DNA of 64,000 nucleotides, taken from an uncultured delta proteobacterium. Its GTDB lineage: Bacteria; Myxococcota_A; Polyangia; Polyangiales; Polyangiaceae. The stretch lies in contig CAWKKR010000008.1 of the NCBI GenBank assembly GCA_963850305.1, positions 128,001-192,000 on the forward strand, read 5' to 3'. Position numbers and translations under genes: made by a program. Below, piece by piece: positions 42,700-51,716 of the stretch. The first letter of the stretch is position 1. Every line of letters begins with the position of its first letter. The notes beneath the pieces are model-generated. The model saw nothing but the letters and a program-made list of their open reading frames with translations. It had not been told where the DNA came from and ran no database searches.

Positions 42700-42809
42700 G
42701 AGTGCTTCCGTACGAATCCGGCTGAAATGAAGCTCGGCCTTCGAGTCAGCTGTCGTTCGATATTCACACTGTTGCTGCGCAACCACACTGACTCGTAGCG
42801 GAGGCACTC
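42700..42809 (+). ncRNA. Candidate structured RNA/ssDNA element (three-stem junction)
   Basis: Stems at 42700-42710/42799-42809, 42720-42725/42734-42739 and 42742-42757/42781-42795. Two of the stems have G-U pairs only in the + orientation. Folded by eye. Confidence 0.35.
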
Positions 42810-42972
42810 ATCGACGAGCTCGTCGAGACTCGGCTTCGGGTCGCGACATCGAACGCGGGACGCCATCGACCGAGACCGAGCTCCCCCGACGCAGCGCAAG
42901 CGTCTCCGAGTGCCCGGTTCGTCCCTCACAATGCGCTCGATGCGCGGTCACGTGAGGAGAACGGCCCCTCCA

Positions 42973-43245
42973 GCATGCGGAGCGTCGGCTCTAGCATCCG
43001 GAACGTCGGCTCTAGCATCCGGAGCGTCGGCTCAAGCACCCGGAGCGTCGGCTCTTGCATCCGGAACGTCGGCTCTAGCATCCGGAGCGTCGGCTCAAGC
43101 ACCCGGAGCGTCGGCTCTAGCATCCGGAGCGTCGGCTCAAGCACCCGGAGCGTCGGCTCTTGCATCCGGAGCGTCGGCTCAAGCACCCGGAGCGTCGGCT
43201 CTTGCATCCGGAGCGTCGGCTCAAGCACGCGGTTCGTCGTTCCAA
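42973..43245. repeat. 21-bp tandem array (12 units plus 1 degenerate)
   Basis: GCA(T/C)CCGGA(G/A)CGTCGGCTC(TA/AA/TT). Confidence 0.95.
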
Positions 43246-43287
43246 GCGCTCGGCGAGCGCTTCCGGACACGTAACTCGCCTTACCGC

Positions 43288-43455
43288 ACGCTGGTGTCGA
43301 CGCTCCGCGTGTCCGGGCCGTCCTTCCCGACGCTGGTGTCGACGCTCCGCGTGTCCGGGCCGCCCTTCCCGACGCTGGTGTCGACGCTCCGCGTGTCCGG
43401 GCCGTCCTTCCCGACGCTGGTGTCGACGCTCCGCGTGTCCGGGCCGCCCTTCCCG
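43288..43455. repeat. 42-bp tandem array (4 units)
   Basis: ACGCTGGTGTCGACGCTCCGCGTGTCCGGGCCG(T/C)CCTTCCCG. Confidence 0.95.
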
Positions 43456-43909
43456 ACGCTTGGCTCGCGTTGCCGGACGTCGGTGTCGCCTTCTCCGAGC
43501 GCTCGGTGCGCGCTTCCGGACACGTAGCTGCCCTTGCTACGCGCGGGTGTCGCCTTCCCGAGCGCTCGGTGCGCGCTTCCGCCGGCACGGCGCGAGTTGC
43601 CGGAGGTCCGGCACGGGTCTCCTGGCACGCCGTTCGCGCCGCTCCTCCCGGCGGGGACGACGCGGGGTCCTGAGCGGGCCGCCTCGCAGGCGCCCGGTAG
43701 TCTCTCACGCTGCGATTCGAGTCGCATGCATCGCATCCAGGGCCGGAACGACGACGTGCGCGATCAGATCCGCGCGCAGGCGCGCACGGATGGCTTCCGG
43801 CAGGATCCCGAGCGCCGACGTATCCTCGAGTGACGGTTCGAGAGAGTGCACGTCTCCCGCCCGCCCCGTCCCAAAGCGCGAGGCCCGCGCGGGTCCCTCA
43901 CGCGGGCCT

Positions 43910-44000
43910 GTTTGAGAGCCTTCGCATCACGATGTTCGATCCACCAGCGCGCGTTTCGCTCGATTTCCCGTACTGCTCGACGGGCGAAAACTAACTTCAC
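43910..44000 (-). pseudogene. 5' fragment of a RelE/ParE-like toxin
   Basis: VKLVFARRAVREIERNARWWIEHRDAK, coupled (GTGA) to the upstream fragment. Similarity is lost at a hairpin (43881-43909). Confidence 0.55.
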
Positions 44001-44130
44001 TTGATCGCTCGCAGCGTCGACCAGACGTCCTCCTCAGTGGCGACGCGGCCGGCAACTATGTCCTCTTCGGCCTCATCGAGCGCTTGATGCAGCTTCGCTC
44101 GCTCTTCGTCGTCGAGGTCATCGCCGTCGT
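43997..44130 (-). pseudogene. 3' fragment of an antitoxin-like gene
   Basis: DGDDLDDEERAKLHQALDEAEEDIVAGRV...LRAIK with no in-frame start nearby. Confidence 0.55.
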
Positions 44131-44149
44131 TTTTTCGTAGAATCCACCC

Positions 44150-44704
44150 ATGGGTCTCCTCACCTTCGGTCTCAACGTGACTTTGGACGGGTGCATCGAT
44201 CACACCCAGGCGATCGTGGACGACGAGCTGCACGACTATTGGACGCAGCTCATGGATCAGAGCGGCGCCATGCTCTTCGGGCGCAACACTTACGAGCTGA
44301 TGGAGGGAGCCTGGCCCGCGGTGGCACGCGACGAAAAGGCGCCGCGCGCGATGCGCGAGTGGGCACAGAGGCTCGAAGCGAAGGCGAAGTACGTCGTGTC
44401 GAGCTCGCGGAGCGACTTTCCGTGGCAGAACACGATCAAGGTGGAGGGTGACCTTCGCGAGGCGATCTCGGCGCTGAAAGCGAAGACCGAGCGGGGTGTC
44501 CTCGTCGGAGCGCCCAAGCTCGCGGCTGCGCTCGAGGAGTTGCGGCTCATCGACGAGTACCGCATCGTCGTTCATCCCATCATCAGTGGCCGCGGGCCCA
44601 CGTTGTTTCATGGCCTCTCGAGTGCGCGGCATCTCGAGCTCCTATCGACGCAGCGGTTCGAGTCCGGCGTGCAGGCGCTCCACTTCCGTCGCAAGGCGGG
44701 ATGA
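44150..44704 (+). CDS. Dihydrofolate-reductase-like (RibD C-terminal domain) protein
   Basis: NVTLDG, LFGRNTYELM...WP, KYVVS, LIDEYR..VHP...GRG..LF. Confidence 0.9.
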   Translation: MGLLTFGLNVTLDGCIDHTQAIVDDELHDYWTQLMDQSGAMLFGRNTYELMEGAWPAVARDEKAPRAMREWAQRLEAKAKYVVSSSRSDFPWQNTIKVEGDLREAISALKAKTERGVLVGAPKLAAALEELRLIDEYRIVVHPIISGRGPTLFHGLSSARHLELLSTQRFESGVQALHFRRKAG

Positions 44705-44725
44705 GCGTGGAACGACCCGAGCGCT

Positions 44726-44812
44726 TCACCGTACGCGCTCCTCCACCGGGAAGTGAACGGGCACGGGCTCGCGGACCCAGCGGCGAGGCAGCGTTTCGGG
44801 CATCAGGGTCAT
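44726..44812 (-). pseudogene. Possible 5' remnant of a Uma2-family endonuclease gene
   Basis: MTLMPETLPRRWVREPVPVHFPVEERV then stop. Resembles, from memory, N-termini of myxobacterial Uma2 proteins. Confidence 0.35.
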
Positions 44813-44865
44813 CACAGCGTACCATTCAGCGGGTGGAAGCCCAATCCGGGACCGAGCCGCGCCGT

Positions 44866-45762
44866 TCACCGCGATCGCACGGAGTTGGCGATGATGCGCT
44901 CGATCCGGTCGAGGCTGTCGAGGTCCTGGACCTCCAGGGTCGCGATGCGGTGGCGCAGCGTTCGGGCCCACCGGATCAACTTGCCGACGTCGATGCTGCC
45001 TCCGACGCGCACGGCCCGCTCGAGGCGTTCCATCACTTCCCTCGAGCCCGGGGGAAGCCGTAGCGTGTCGAGTAATTCGACGATGAAATCCGACCATCCC
45101 GCGCGGCCGGTGAGGGCAAGCTCCAGGGCGAGATCGACTGCCCGCACCACGGTCTCGGGTCTCGGATTGCGGCCACCCTTGGCCGCCGCGAGAAGCGCGC
45201 GCAGATGGACGCCGAGGAGTTGCTCGGCATCCGCGGCGCGGCCCCCGCGAATCGCCTCCATCGCGATGGAGGCGAAGATTTCCACCGCATCGACCCTCTG
45301 CGTGGGGACGACTCCCGGGGTGGTGCGCCCGGTGTCGTCGGGCGGCGGGGGGAGCATCGAAGAGAGCGTTCGCACCGTCGGTTCGTCATGGTCCTCGCGG
45401 AGCGGCGGGGTCCGCTCCTCTCCGCTGAGGGTGTCGGCCGCCGCCCGCGACCGCGGAGGGAACCCGGCGTCGACCTGCAGGAGCTCGTTACCGATCACGA
45501 TGCGACACCCCGGCAGGAGCGGCTCCGGCTGCGTCCCGATCCGGACGCCGTCCACGAAGACGCCGTTCACGCTCCCGAGATCGTTGACGCTTGCCGAGCC
45601 TGCTCGGACAATCAGCTGCGCGTGCCGTCGTGACGCCTGGGGATCGTCCACGACGATCTGGCACATGTTGCCGCGTCCGATGACGTATCGCCCGGGGCCG
45701 AGCCAGATGTCTCGATCCCGCAAGCGCAGCTTGAACCGTGGGCTTCCCTCTGGGTCAGTCAA
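44866..45762 (-). CDS. FHA-domain protein
   Basis: IGRG, SRRHA, DLGSVNGVFVDG. Confidence 0.9.
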   Translation of the reverse strand: MTDPEGSPRFKLRLRDRDIWLGPGRYVIGRGNMCQIVVDDPQASRRHAQLIVRAGSASVNDLGSVNGVFVDGVRIGTQPEPLLPGCRIVIGNELLQVDAGFPPRSRAAADTLSGEERTPPLREDHDEPTVRTLSSMLPPPPDDTGRTTPGVVPTQRVDAVEIFASIAMEAIRGGRAADAEQLLGVHLRALLAAAKGGRNPRPETVVRAVDLALELALTGRAGWSDFIVELLDTLRLPPGSREVMERLERAVRVGGSIDVGKLIRWARTLRHRIATLEVQDLDSLDRIERIIANSVRSR

Positions 45763-45952
45763 AGCGACCCTTGAGATTACCCCACTCGCCCGGACTTTAC
45801 ACGTGCGCGCGCCGGTTCCCCCCTGAGCGACCGGCTCCCGGGCGCGATTTGGGGGGAACCGGCCGAGCGCCTGGCGCGAGGACGATGGGGGGCAGCCGCG
45901 GCAATCCCACCCCGGTCCCCGCGCGCGGCCGCCACTCGGGATCGAGACCGTC

Positions 45953-46984
45953 TCAGGGATATTGCCCGGACTTGAACAGGTCCGAGAGAGCGTTCGCGCT
46001 CGAGACCTTGGAGAGCGTCGCGAGGCCGAGGATCGCCTCGATCGATTTGGTGACGGAGCTCGGCGAGTAGCTCACGCTGCCGGCGTAGTTCGTCTTCACG
46101 CCGGGGCCGATGGCGAGAAACGGCATCTTGAGCGTGCTGCTACCTTCGTCCCACTCGATGAAGATGACGCCAGCGTTGGCGTTCGCGTACGAGATGATGC
46201 GCGGTAGCTCCGTGCTGAGCCACGTGTCGCCCTGGTGAATCAAGTTCGAGTCCGGGCAACCCGAAGCGCCGTGCATGTCGTGGCACAGGTCCGGCGTGAT
46301 GAAGGTGTACGAGGCGACGTCACCCGCCGAAAGGTCCGTGGCAAAGGAGCTGTACGCGCGGTGATGGGACGCGCAGTACGAGTTCGTCGCGGATGGCGTA
46401 CTGCCGGACACGTCCTGATAAAACACGAATGGATCGTGCTTCGCGGCGTAGAAACCGCTGCTGTGAATCGGGCACGTCCCGGTGGAAGAATCGAGCCCTT
46501 CCTGGTAGCTCCTGAACGTCACCCCGTTGGTGGCATTCTTGATCTGCGTCGCGAGGTGGCTCGTGCTGCTCGTGCTGTTGCTCTTGGAGGGGTCGCTGTC
46601 CGTCGTGAAGGTGTGGTCGGAGAATGCGTTCGTTCCCGCTTCGATCCAGACGTAGTGCGGCTCGCTCGGGACCGAGAGGGCGAGCGGGTCGTTGTAGTTC
46701 GTCGCGTGAGCGTAGGCGGGGATGAGCGTGTTGTTGATGTACGGCGCGTCGGACGAATCCCCATACACCTGCGAGGCGTCGTGATTCTCCATCGCGATCA
46801 CGAAGACGTGCTTGATGACGGAGCTCGTGGCCGCCTCGGAGACGGCACCGGTGGCTTCCTGGGCAGCCGGATCGTTCGAAGCCTGGGTTTCTTGGGTTTC
46901 ATCGGCGGCGCCGCAGCCCATGACGAGGCCGAGACCACACAGGGACGCGACGGACAGACCACAGACGAGGACGCTCTTTCTCAT
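45953..46984 (-). CDS. Phosphoesterase/acid phosphatase family lipoprotein
   Basis: HVFVIAMENH, PSEPHY, KHDPF, TPDLCHDMH, WDE. Confidence 0.85.
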   Translation of the reverse strand: MRKSVLVCGLSVASLCGLGLVMGCGAADETQETQASNDPAAQEATGAVSEAATSSVIKHVFVIAMENHDASQVYGDSSDAPYINNTLIPAYAHATNYNDPLALSVPSEPHYVWIEAGTNAFSDHTFTTDSDPSKSNSTSSTSHLATQIKNATNGVTFRSYQEGLDSSTGTCPIHSSGFYAAKHDPFVFYQDVSGSTPSATNSYCASHHRAYSSFATDLSAGDVASYTFITPDLCHDMHGASGCPDSNLIHQGDTWLSTELPRIISYANANAGVIFIEWDEGSSTLKMPFLAIGPGVKTNYAGSVSYSPSSVTKSIEAILGLATLSKVSSANALSDLFKSGQYP

Positions 46985-47137
46985 CGGATTGGACTCCATG
47001 GTTTGGGAGAGTCGCATCCTCGGCGCCGCGTGTGACGGCGCGCTCCCGATCTCGGTACGGTTCGGCAAACTCATTGTCGCGGTAAAAGTCACGAGAGCGA
47101 CACCTTTCGGATTTCGGAATGCGCGACAGTCGACTCG

Positions 47138-48406
47138 ATGCAGGGTCCCTTCGGCCGCCTGTTGCTCGCGTCAGCGGTCGCGATCCTCGCCGCCGTGATG
47201 GTGCGGGCGCACGGGGCGCCGCGAGGGCCGCACTCGATCACGCGGGTGCGCAGGACGCCGCCGGAGGCCGGCGCACCCGCTGCGCGCGGGCAGGGTGTCG
47301 GCCCCGTGAACGTCGAAGACGTGCGAGTGACGCTCGGGAGAAAGATGTTCTTCGATCCCCGGTTGTCGGTGCCCGAAGGGACGAGCTGCGCGAGCTGCCA
47401 TGACCCGCGGCAAGGTTACGCCGGCAACCACGGTTCCACGATCGGAGTGCCGCGGGGCAGCGCGCCGCATCGCTTCGCGCGCCGGAACACGCCGTCCACG
47501 CTCTACCTGCGATTCGTGCCGCGCTTCCATCTTCACTGGGAAGAGGAAGAGCCGTATCCGGAGGCCTTCGGCGGCTTCTTCTGGGACGGGCGCGTCGATT
47601 CGATCGCCGATCTCGTCCGGCAGCCGCTGCTCAACTCGAACGAAATGGGAAATCCGGACGTTCGCGCGATCGCCCGCGGGCTCGAGACGAGCGCCTACGC
47701 GGGCGACCTTCGCGCCGAGTTCGACGGCGTGTTCGACTCGCCCGAGAAGGCGGTCCAGGCGCTCGGGTTTTGCCTGGAAGCGTTCCTCATCAGCCCGGCG
47801 ATGTCACCGTTCACGTCGAAGTACGACGACTATCTCCGCGGGCGCGCGAACCTGAGCGCGCTCGAGGCGGAGGGGCTGCGGCTCTTCGACGATCGCTCGC
47901 GGGCGGCGTGCAGTTCCTGCCACAAGTTCAACGACACCTCGCGACTCCCGGAGGCCTCGATGTTCACCGACTTCGGCTACGACACCGTCTCGGTGCCGCG
48001 CAATCGGAGGCTCCCCGCGAGCCGCAATCCATCGGCCTTCGACCTCGGCCTCTGTGAGCGACACGACCGGAGGCTGCACACCGACGATGAATGGTTCTGC
48101 GGGAGCTTCCGCACGCCGTCGCTGCGCAACGTCGCGACGCGCACGAGCTTCATGCACAACGGTTACTTCACGAACCTGCGCGACGTCGTGACGTTCTACG
48201 CGACGCGAAGCACCGAGCCGAAGCGCTGGTACCCGAACGCGACGTTCGACGACTTGCCGGAGAAGTATCGGCGATACGTGAACACGACCGTGCCGCCGTA
48301 CAACCGCCCCGAAGGCGAACCCCCGGTCCTCGACGACCACGAGATCGATGCGCTCGTCGCGTTCCTCGGGACCTTGACGGACAGGTCAGTGCCACCGGGG
48401 CCGTGA
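47138..48406 (+). CDS. Di-heme cytochrome c peroxidase/MauG-family protein
   Basis: LGRKMFFDPRLS, CASCH, RNTPS, FWDGR, CSSCH, FRTPSLRNV, FMHNG. Confidence 0.92.
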   Translation: MQGPFGRLLLASAVAILAAVMVRAHGAPRGPHSITRVRRTPPEAGAPAARGQGVGPVNVEDVRVTLGRKMFFDPRLSVPEGTSCASCHDPRQGYAGNHGSTIGVPRGSAPHRFARRNTPSTLYLRFVPRFHLHWEEEEPYPEAFGGFFWDGRVDSIADLVRQPLLNSNEMGNPDVRAIARGLETSAYAGDLRAEFDGVFDSPEKAVQALGFCLEAFLISPAMSPFTSKYDDYLRGRANLSALEAEGLRLFDDRSRAACSSCHKFNDTSRLPEASMFTDFGYDTVSVPRNRRLPASRNPSAFDLGLCERHDRRLHTDDEWFCGSFRTPSLRNVATRTSFMHNGYFTNLRDVVTFYATRSTEPKRWYPNATFDDLPEKYRRYVNTTVPPYNRPEGEPPVLDDHEIDALVAFLGTLTDRSVPPGP

Positions 48407-48443
48407 CTGGACCGAGCACTCGGCTGGCAGGCGACCTCCGGGC

Positions 48444-50087
48444 TCAGAGCGATCGTGAGGCAGGGCGCGTCGCGGGACGGGCGCCGGCGATGCGCAGCTT
48501 GTCGGCGTGGCGGCGATGCAGCACGAGCACCGAGTAGCGTCCCACGCGCGTCTCTTCGAAGTCCGGATCGAAGTCCGTCTTCCCGCTCCGGAACTCCGCT
48601 TCGCGGCGGGCCAGCGTCTCCTTCGAGCGCAGCGGGTCGTAGACGTATGCGAGAGCGGGCTCCGCGTCGACTTCGCGCCTGTAGGGCGGATAACGGTCGA
48701 GCGTCGCGTGCCAGGGAATGAGGGTCGGGTTCTCGTGGAAGAGAAACGTGAGCCGGTACGCCACCCAGTAATCGGCGAGCCCGTAACGAATGCCGCGGTC
48801 ACGGCAGAACGCGCCGAGCGCGGTCTCGTCGCGCGCGATCCCGTTGTCCCTGCGAATGCGCCATCCGTCGACGTTGCTTCCGTTGCCGATCCATCCGCCG
48901 ATCGCCGTCGACACGAGATAAGGCGCGAGCAGAAGAGCGACCTGGCCGGCGCCCGCGAGGCGGACGAGCGGCCCGAGCGCGAACGGAGCGAAGAGGAGGA
49001 TCGACACCAGGTAGCGTGCGGACCATCGATCGATGGCCATGACCGAGAACAGGAATGCGCCCAGAGTGAGCGGGAGCATCAGAGCGCCAGCGACGCCGAG
49101 CCGCCGCATGCCCGCCGGGGTGCCGCGCGCGAACACGGCCAGACCGCCGAGGACGATGCCGACGACGAGCACGCCGGCGCCGAGAATCTGGAACGCGTGG
49201 AACCACGTCGGCGGCTGCCACCACGCGGCACCTCGCTCCGGTGAAAAGGACGAAACACGGTCCCCCAGCAGGAACGGCAGGCACACGGTCTCGAGTAGCT
49301 TGAAGTTGTGAGAAAGGACTGTCTTCGTGAACCCGTACACGGCTCGCGTCGCGCCGCGGCTGTGCGAGAGCACGAAGAATGGCACGAGCCCGAGCGCGAG
49401 GCCGGCGAAGCCAGCGGCCAGGGAATGCGCCGGAAAGCGCCACCGCTCGAGGTCCCGCGCGATCAGACCGACGAGCAGCGCGAGGACCGGCATGAAGAGG
49501 AGGCAATAGGGATCCGCGAACGTCGCGAGGCCCGCGACGAAGGCTCCGACGCCCAGGCGCAGCGCGGTTCTTCGGGACGCGGGCGCGCCGTCGATCACCC
49601 AGATGGCGGCGAACAGCAGCGTGAGCGATGCCTGGCGCGGCGGATAGAAGACGTACACGTGCATCGGCCCGGCAATGAGGACGAGTGGAGACACGAGCAC
49701 CGCGGTCGAGCGTGCGTCGAACCTCCGTCTCGACGTGGCATACGCGAAGCCCACGAGCGCGACGTAACCGACGAATGGCGCCAGCATGAGTGCCGTCGGC
49801 GTCGCACCGAAGAGCCGGAAGAACGCCGCCACCACCCACGAATCCACCGACGTCTGGTAGCCGCTGCCCCACAGGAACGCCGCGTGCTCCCCGTGCAGCA
49901 GGTGCATCGCCTGGAGCCCGACGACGGCCGCGTCCGAGTGCATCCCGGCGGCATTCAGCAAAACCGGCAGAGAAAGGCCGACCAGCACCGCGAGCAGCGC
50001 CGCACCTACGATGGCGTCCTCTCGCTCGGGTACCCAGGTCTCGGAGCTCATCGTGGGCCGGGTCACTGGAGGCGCGACCGCCACCAT
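48444..50087 (-). CDS. Multi-pass membrane protein, GT-C glycosyltransferase-like
   Basis: SDAAVVGLQA.H and WGSGYQ loop after TM1, many TM helices, C-terminal ADYWVAYRLTFL. Confidence 0.6.
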   Translation of the reverse strand: MVAVAPPVTRPTMSSETWVPEREDAIVGAALLAVLVGLSLPVLLNAAGMHSDAAVVGLQAMHLLHGEHAAFLWGSGYQTSVDSWVVAAFFRLFGATPTALMLAPFVGYVALVGFAYATSRRRFDARSTAVLVSPLVLIAGPMHVYVFYPPRQASLTLLFAAIWVIDGAPASRRTALRLGVGAFVAGLATFADPYCLLFMPVLALLVGLIARDLERWRFPAHSLAAGFAGLALGLVPFFVLSHSRGATRAVYGFTKTVLSHNFKLLETVCLPFLLGDRVSSFSPERGAAWWQPPTWFHAFQILGAGVLVVGIVLGGLAVFARGTPAGMRRLGVAGALMLPLTLGAFLFSVMAIDRWSARYLVSILLFAPFALGPLVRLAGAGQVALLLAPYLVSTAIGGWIGNGSNVDGWRIRRDNGIARDETALGAFCRDRGIRYGLADYWVAYRLTFLFHENPTLIPWHATLDRYPPYRREVDAEPALAYVYDPLRSKETLARREAEFRSGKTDFDPDFEETRVGRYSVLVLHRRHADKLRIAGARPATRPASRSL

Positions 50088-50237
50088 ATGTGGCCCCGTA
50101 CTATTTGGTGGTCAAACTATTTCGGCGGTTATTTATTCTCGAAGCGCGGCAATCAGCCCGGATTATCGCTGGATTTCGACGAGCAACACCCGGGCGTTCA
50201 AGACGCTGGAACCGGCGGCGCGCTCCGCGGCACTCCG

Positions 50238-51611
50238 CTACGCGAAGGCGCGCACGGCGCGGTAGATCCCGTAGACGACTCCGGCGGCCGCGCTTAGCGT
50301 GATGAGTCCGAAGAGCGCGGAGTAGGCGACCGGGTGGCGATCTACCCAGTGCGTGAAGCGGTGCGCCAGGCTCTTTGCGAGCGTCACGTGACACCGGACC
50401 TCGACGTGGCCGTCGAGGATTCTCTTCACACCCTGCTCGAGGTCCGCAACGCTCTGAAAGCGTTCCTCGCGACGCCGTGCGACGCCGCGGAGGACGACAT
50501 AGACATACTCCATGGGCACGCCGGTCCGGAGCGCGATCCCGCCGAGCCGCTCCCGGTCGAGATCCGTCGAGATGATGGCGGCGAGCACCTCCGTCACGGT
50601 GGTCTTGTCGGCGAGCGGATGCTCGAGCGAGAGCCACTCGAAGAACATCACGGAGAGCGCGAAGACGTCGCTTCGCTCGTCGAGGTCGTCGTTGCGACCT
50701 GCCGCCTGCTCGGGAGACATGTAGAGCGGCGTGCCGGCGAGCGCGCCGAGCTGGGTCTCGAGGAGCCGTTGATCGTGGGACTCGTCGAGCGTTCGCTCGA
50801 GGGGCTCCGCAGCGGAGGTTCCCGAGCGCTTGCCGATGGGCTTGGCGATGCCCCAATCCATCACCGTGACCTCGCCGTACGGGCCGATCATGATGTTCGC
50901 GGGCTTCAGGTCGCGATGCAGGATGCCGCGGGCGTGCGCGTACCTCACGGCGTCGAGGACGGCGAGGAAGACATGAACACGTTGCTCGATGGTGAAACGC
51001 TGGCGGTATGCGGCGTTGCCCGCCCGCAGCTCGTCGAGGACGGTCTCCATGGTCTCGCCCTGGAGGTGCTTCATCACGAGATAGATGTCGCCCGCAGGAT
51101 CGCTGCCCACGTCGTAGACGGGGACGATACCCGGATGCTCGAGCTGTCCGACGATCCGGACCTCGTCCGCGAAGCGCAGCAGCGCGGCGTCCGAGCCCGC
51201 GGCGGAGAGCATGCGTTTCACGGCGACCGTGCGCCGGATATCGTTGTCGCGCGCGAGCTCCACGACGCCCATCGCCCCCTGTCCGAGCTCTCGTACCCGA
51301 TCGAACCGGGGACGCGCGTCGCCCGCGACGAACTCCGCGGGAACGTCCTTGCGTCGGCGCGGCAACACCGTGGTGCGTCCCGCGACGCTCGCCCCCGCCG
51401 CGCCAGCGGGGAGGACGTCCGTGCCATTGCCCGCGCCGGCATAGAAGGTCTCGTCGAGCTCGACCGGACCCTGCCGGAACTCCTCGACCCGTCCAAGGCC
51501 CACGACGGTGCCGGACACCGACTTCAGGCCCGCGGCCACCGCCGAGGGCGAGTCACCGCCCAGAGTCGCCTTGAGCGAGGCGAGATCCGAGGCTCGACCG
51601 GCGGATGCCAT
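50238..51611 (-). CDS. Ser/Thr protein kinase with C-terminal TM helix
   Basis: LGQGAMG, VAVK, HRDLKPANI, DWG, GTPLYMSPEQ, SDVF. Confidence 0.95.
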   Translation of the reverse strand: MASAGRASDLASLKATLGGDSPSAVAAGLKSVSGTVVGLGRVEEFRQGPVELDETFYAGAGNGTDVLPAGAAGASVAGRTTVLPRRRKDVPAEFVAGDARPRFDRVRELGQGAMGVVELARDNDIRRTVAVKRMLSAAGSDAALLRFADEVRIVGQLEHPGIVPVYDVGSDPAGDIYLVMKHLQGETMETVLDELRAGNAAYRQRFTIEQRVHVFLAVLDAVRYAHARGILHRDLKPANIMIGPYGEVTVMDWGIAKPIGKRSGTSAAEPLERTLDESHDQRLLETQLGALAGTPLYMSPEQAAGRNDDLDERSDVFALSVMFFEWLSLEHPLADKTTVTEVLAAIISTDLDRERLGGIALRTGVPMEYVYVVLRGVARRREERFQSVADLEQGVKRILDGHVEVRCHVTLAKSLAHRFTHWVDRHPVAYSALFGLITLSAAAGVVYGIYRAVRAFA

Positions 51612-51716
51612 GACGTTGCTTTCCGGCCAGGGTACACCGTCCCCCGCCGGAAATCATTCCGCGCGGAGGCCCTTCGCTCTCCGGCACGCAGCAATCCGAA
51701 GAGGTCGCGGGCGCGC

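Noticed and set aside
42973..43455. 21/42-bp arrays as CRISPR or as confident protein-coding genes
   Set aside because: No unique spacers. Several frames on both strands are open only because of the GC-rich repeat, so no frame is favoured.
43861..43915. Hairpin at the toxin breakpoint as an integron attC site
   Set aside because: It lacks the RYYYAAC...GTTRRRY boxes and no integron integrase is present.
44120..44162. Minus-strand GAGGAG-ATG inside the palindrome ACCCATGGGT as the antitoxin start, overlapping the DHFR-like ATG
   Set aside because: It is out of frame unless the A6 run has an indel, and it is explained by the MGLL codons of the DHFR-like gene on the other strand.
50850..50870. 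DWG in place of DFG as a sign of a dead kinase
   Set aside because: DWG is a common variant in bacterial Hanks kinases, and the catalytic Lys, HRD and Asp are intact.
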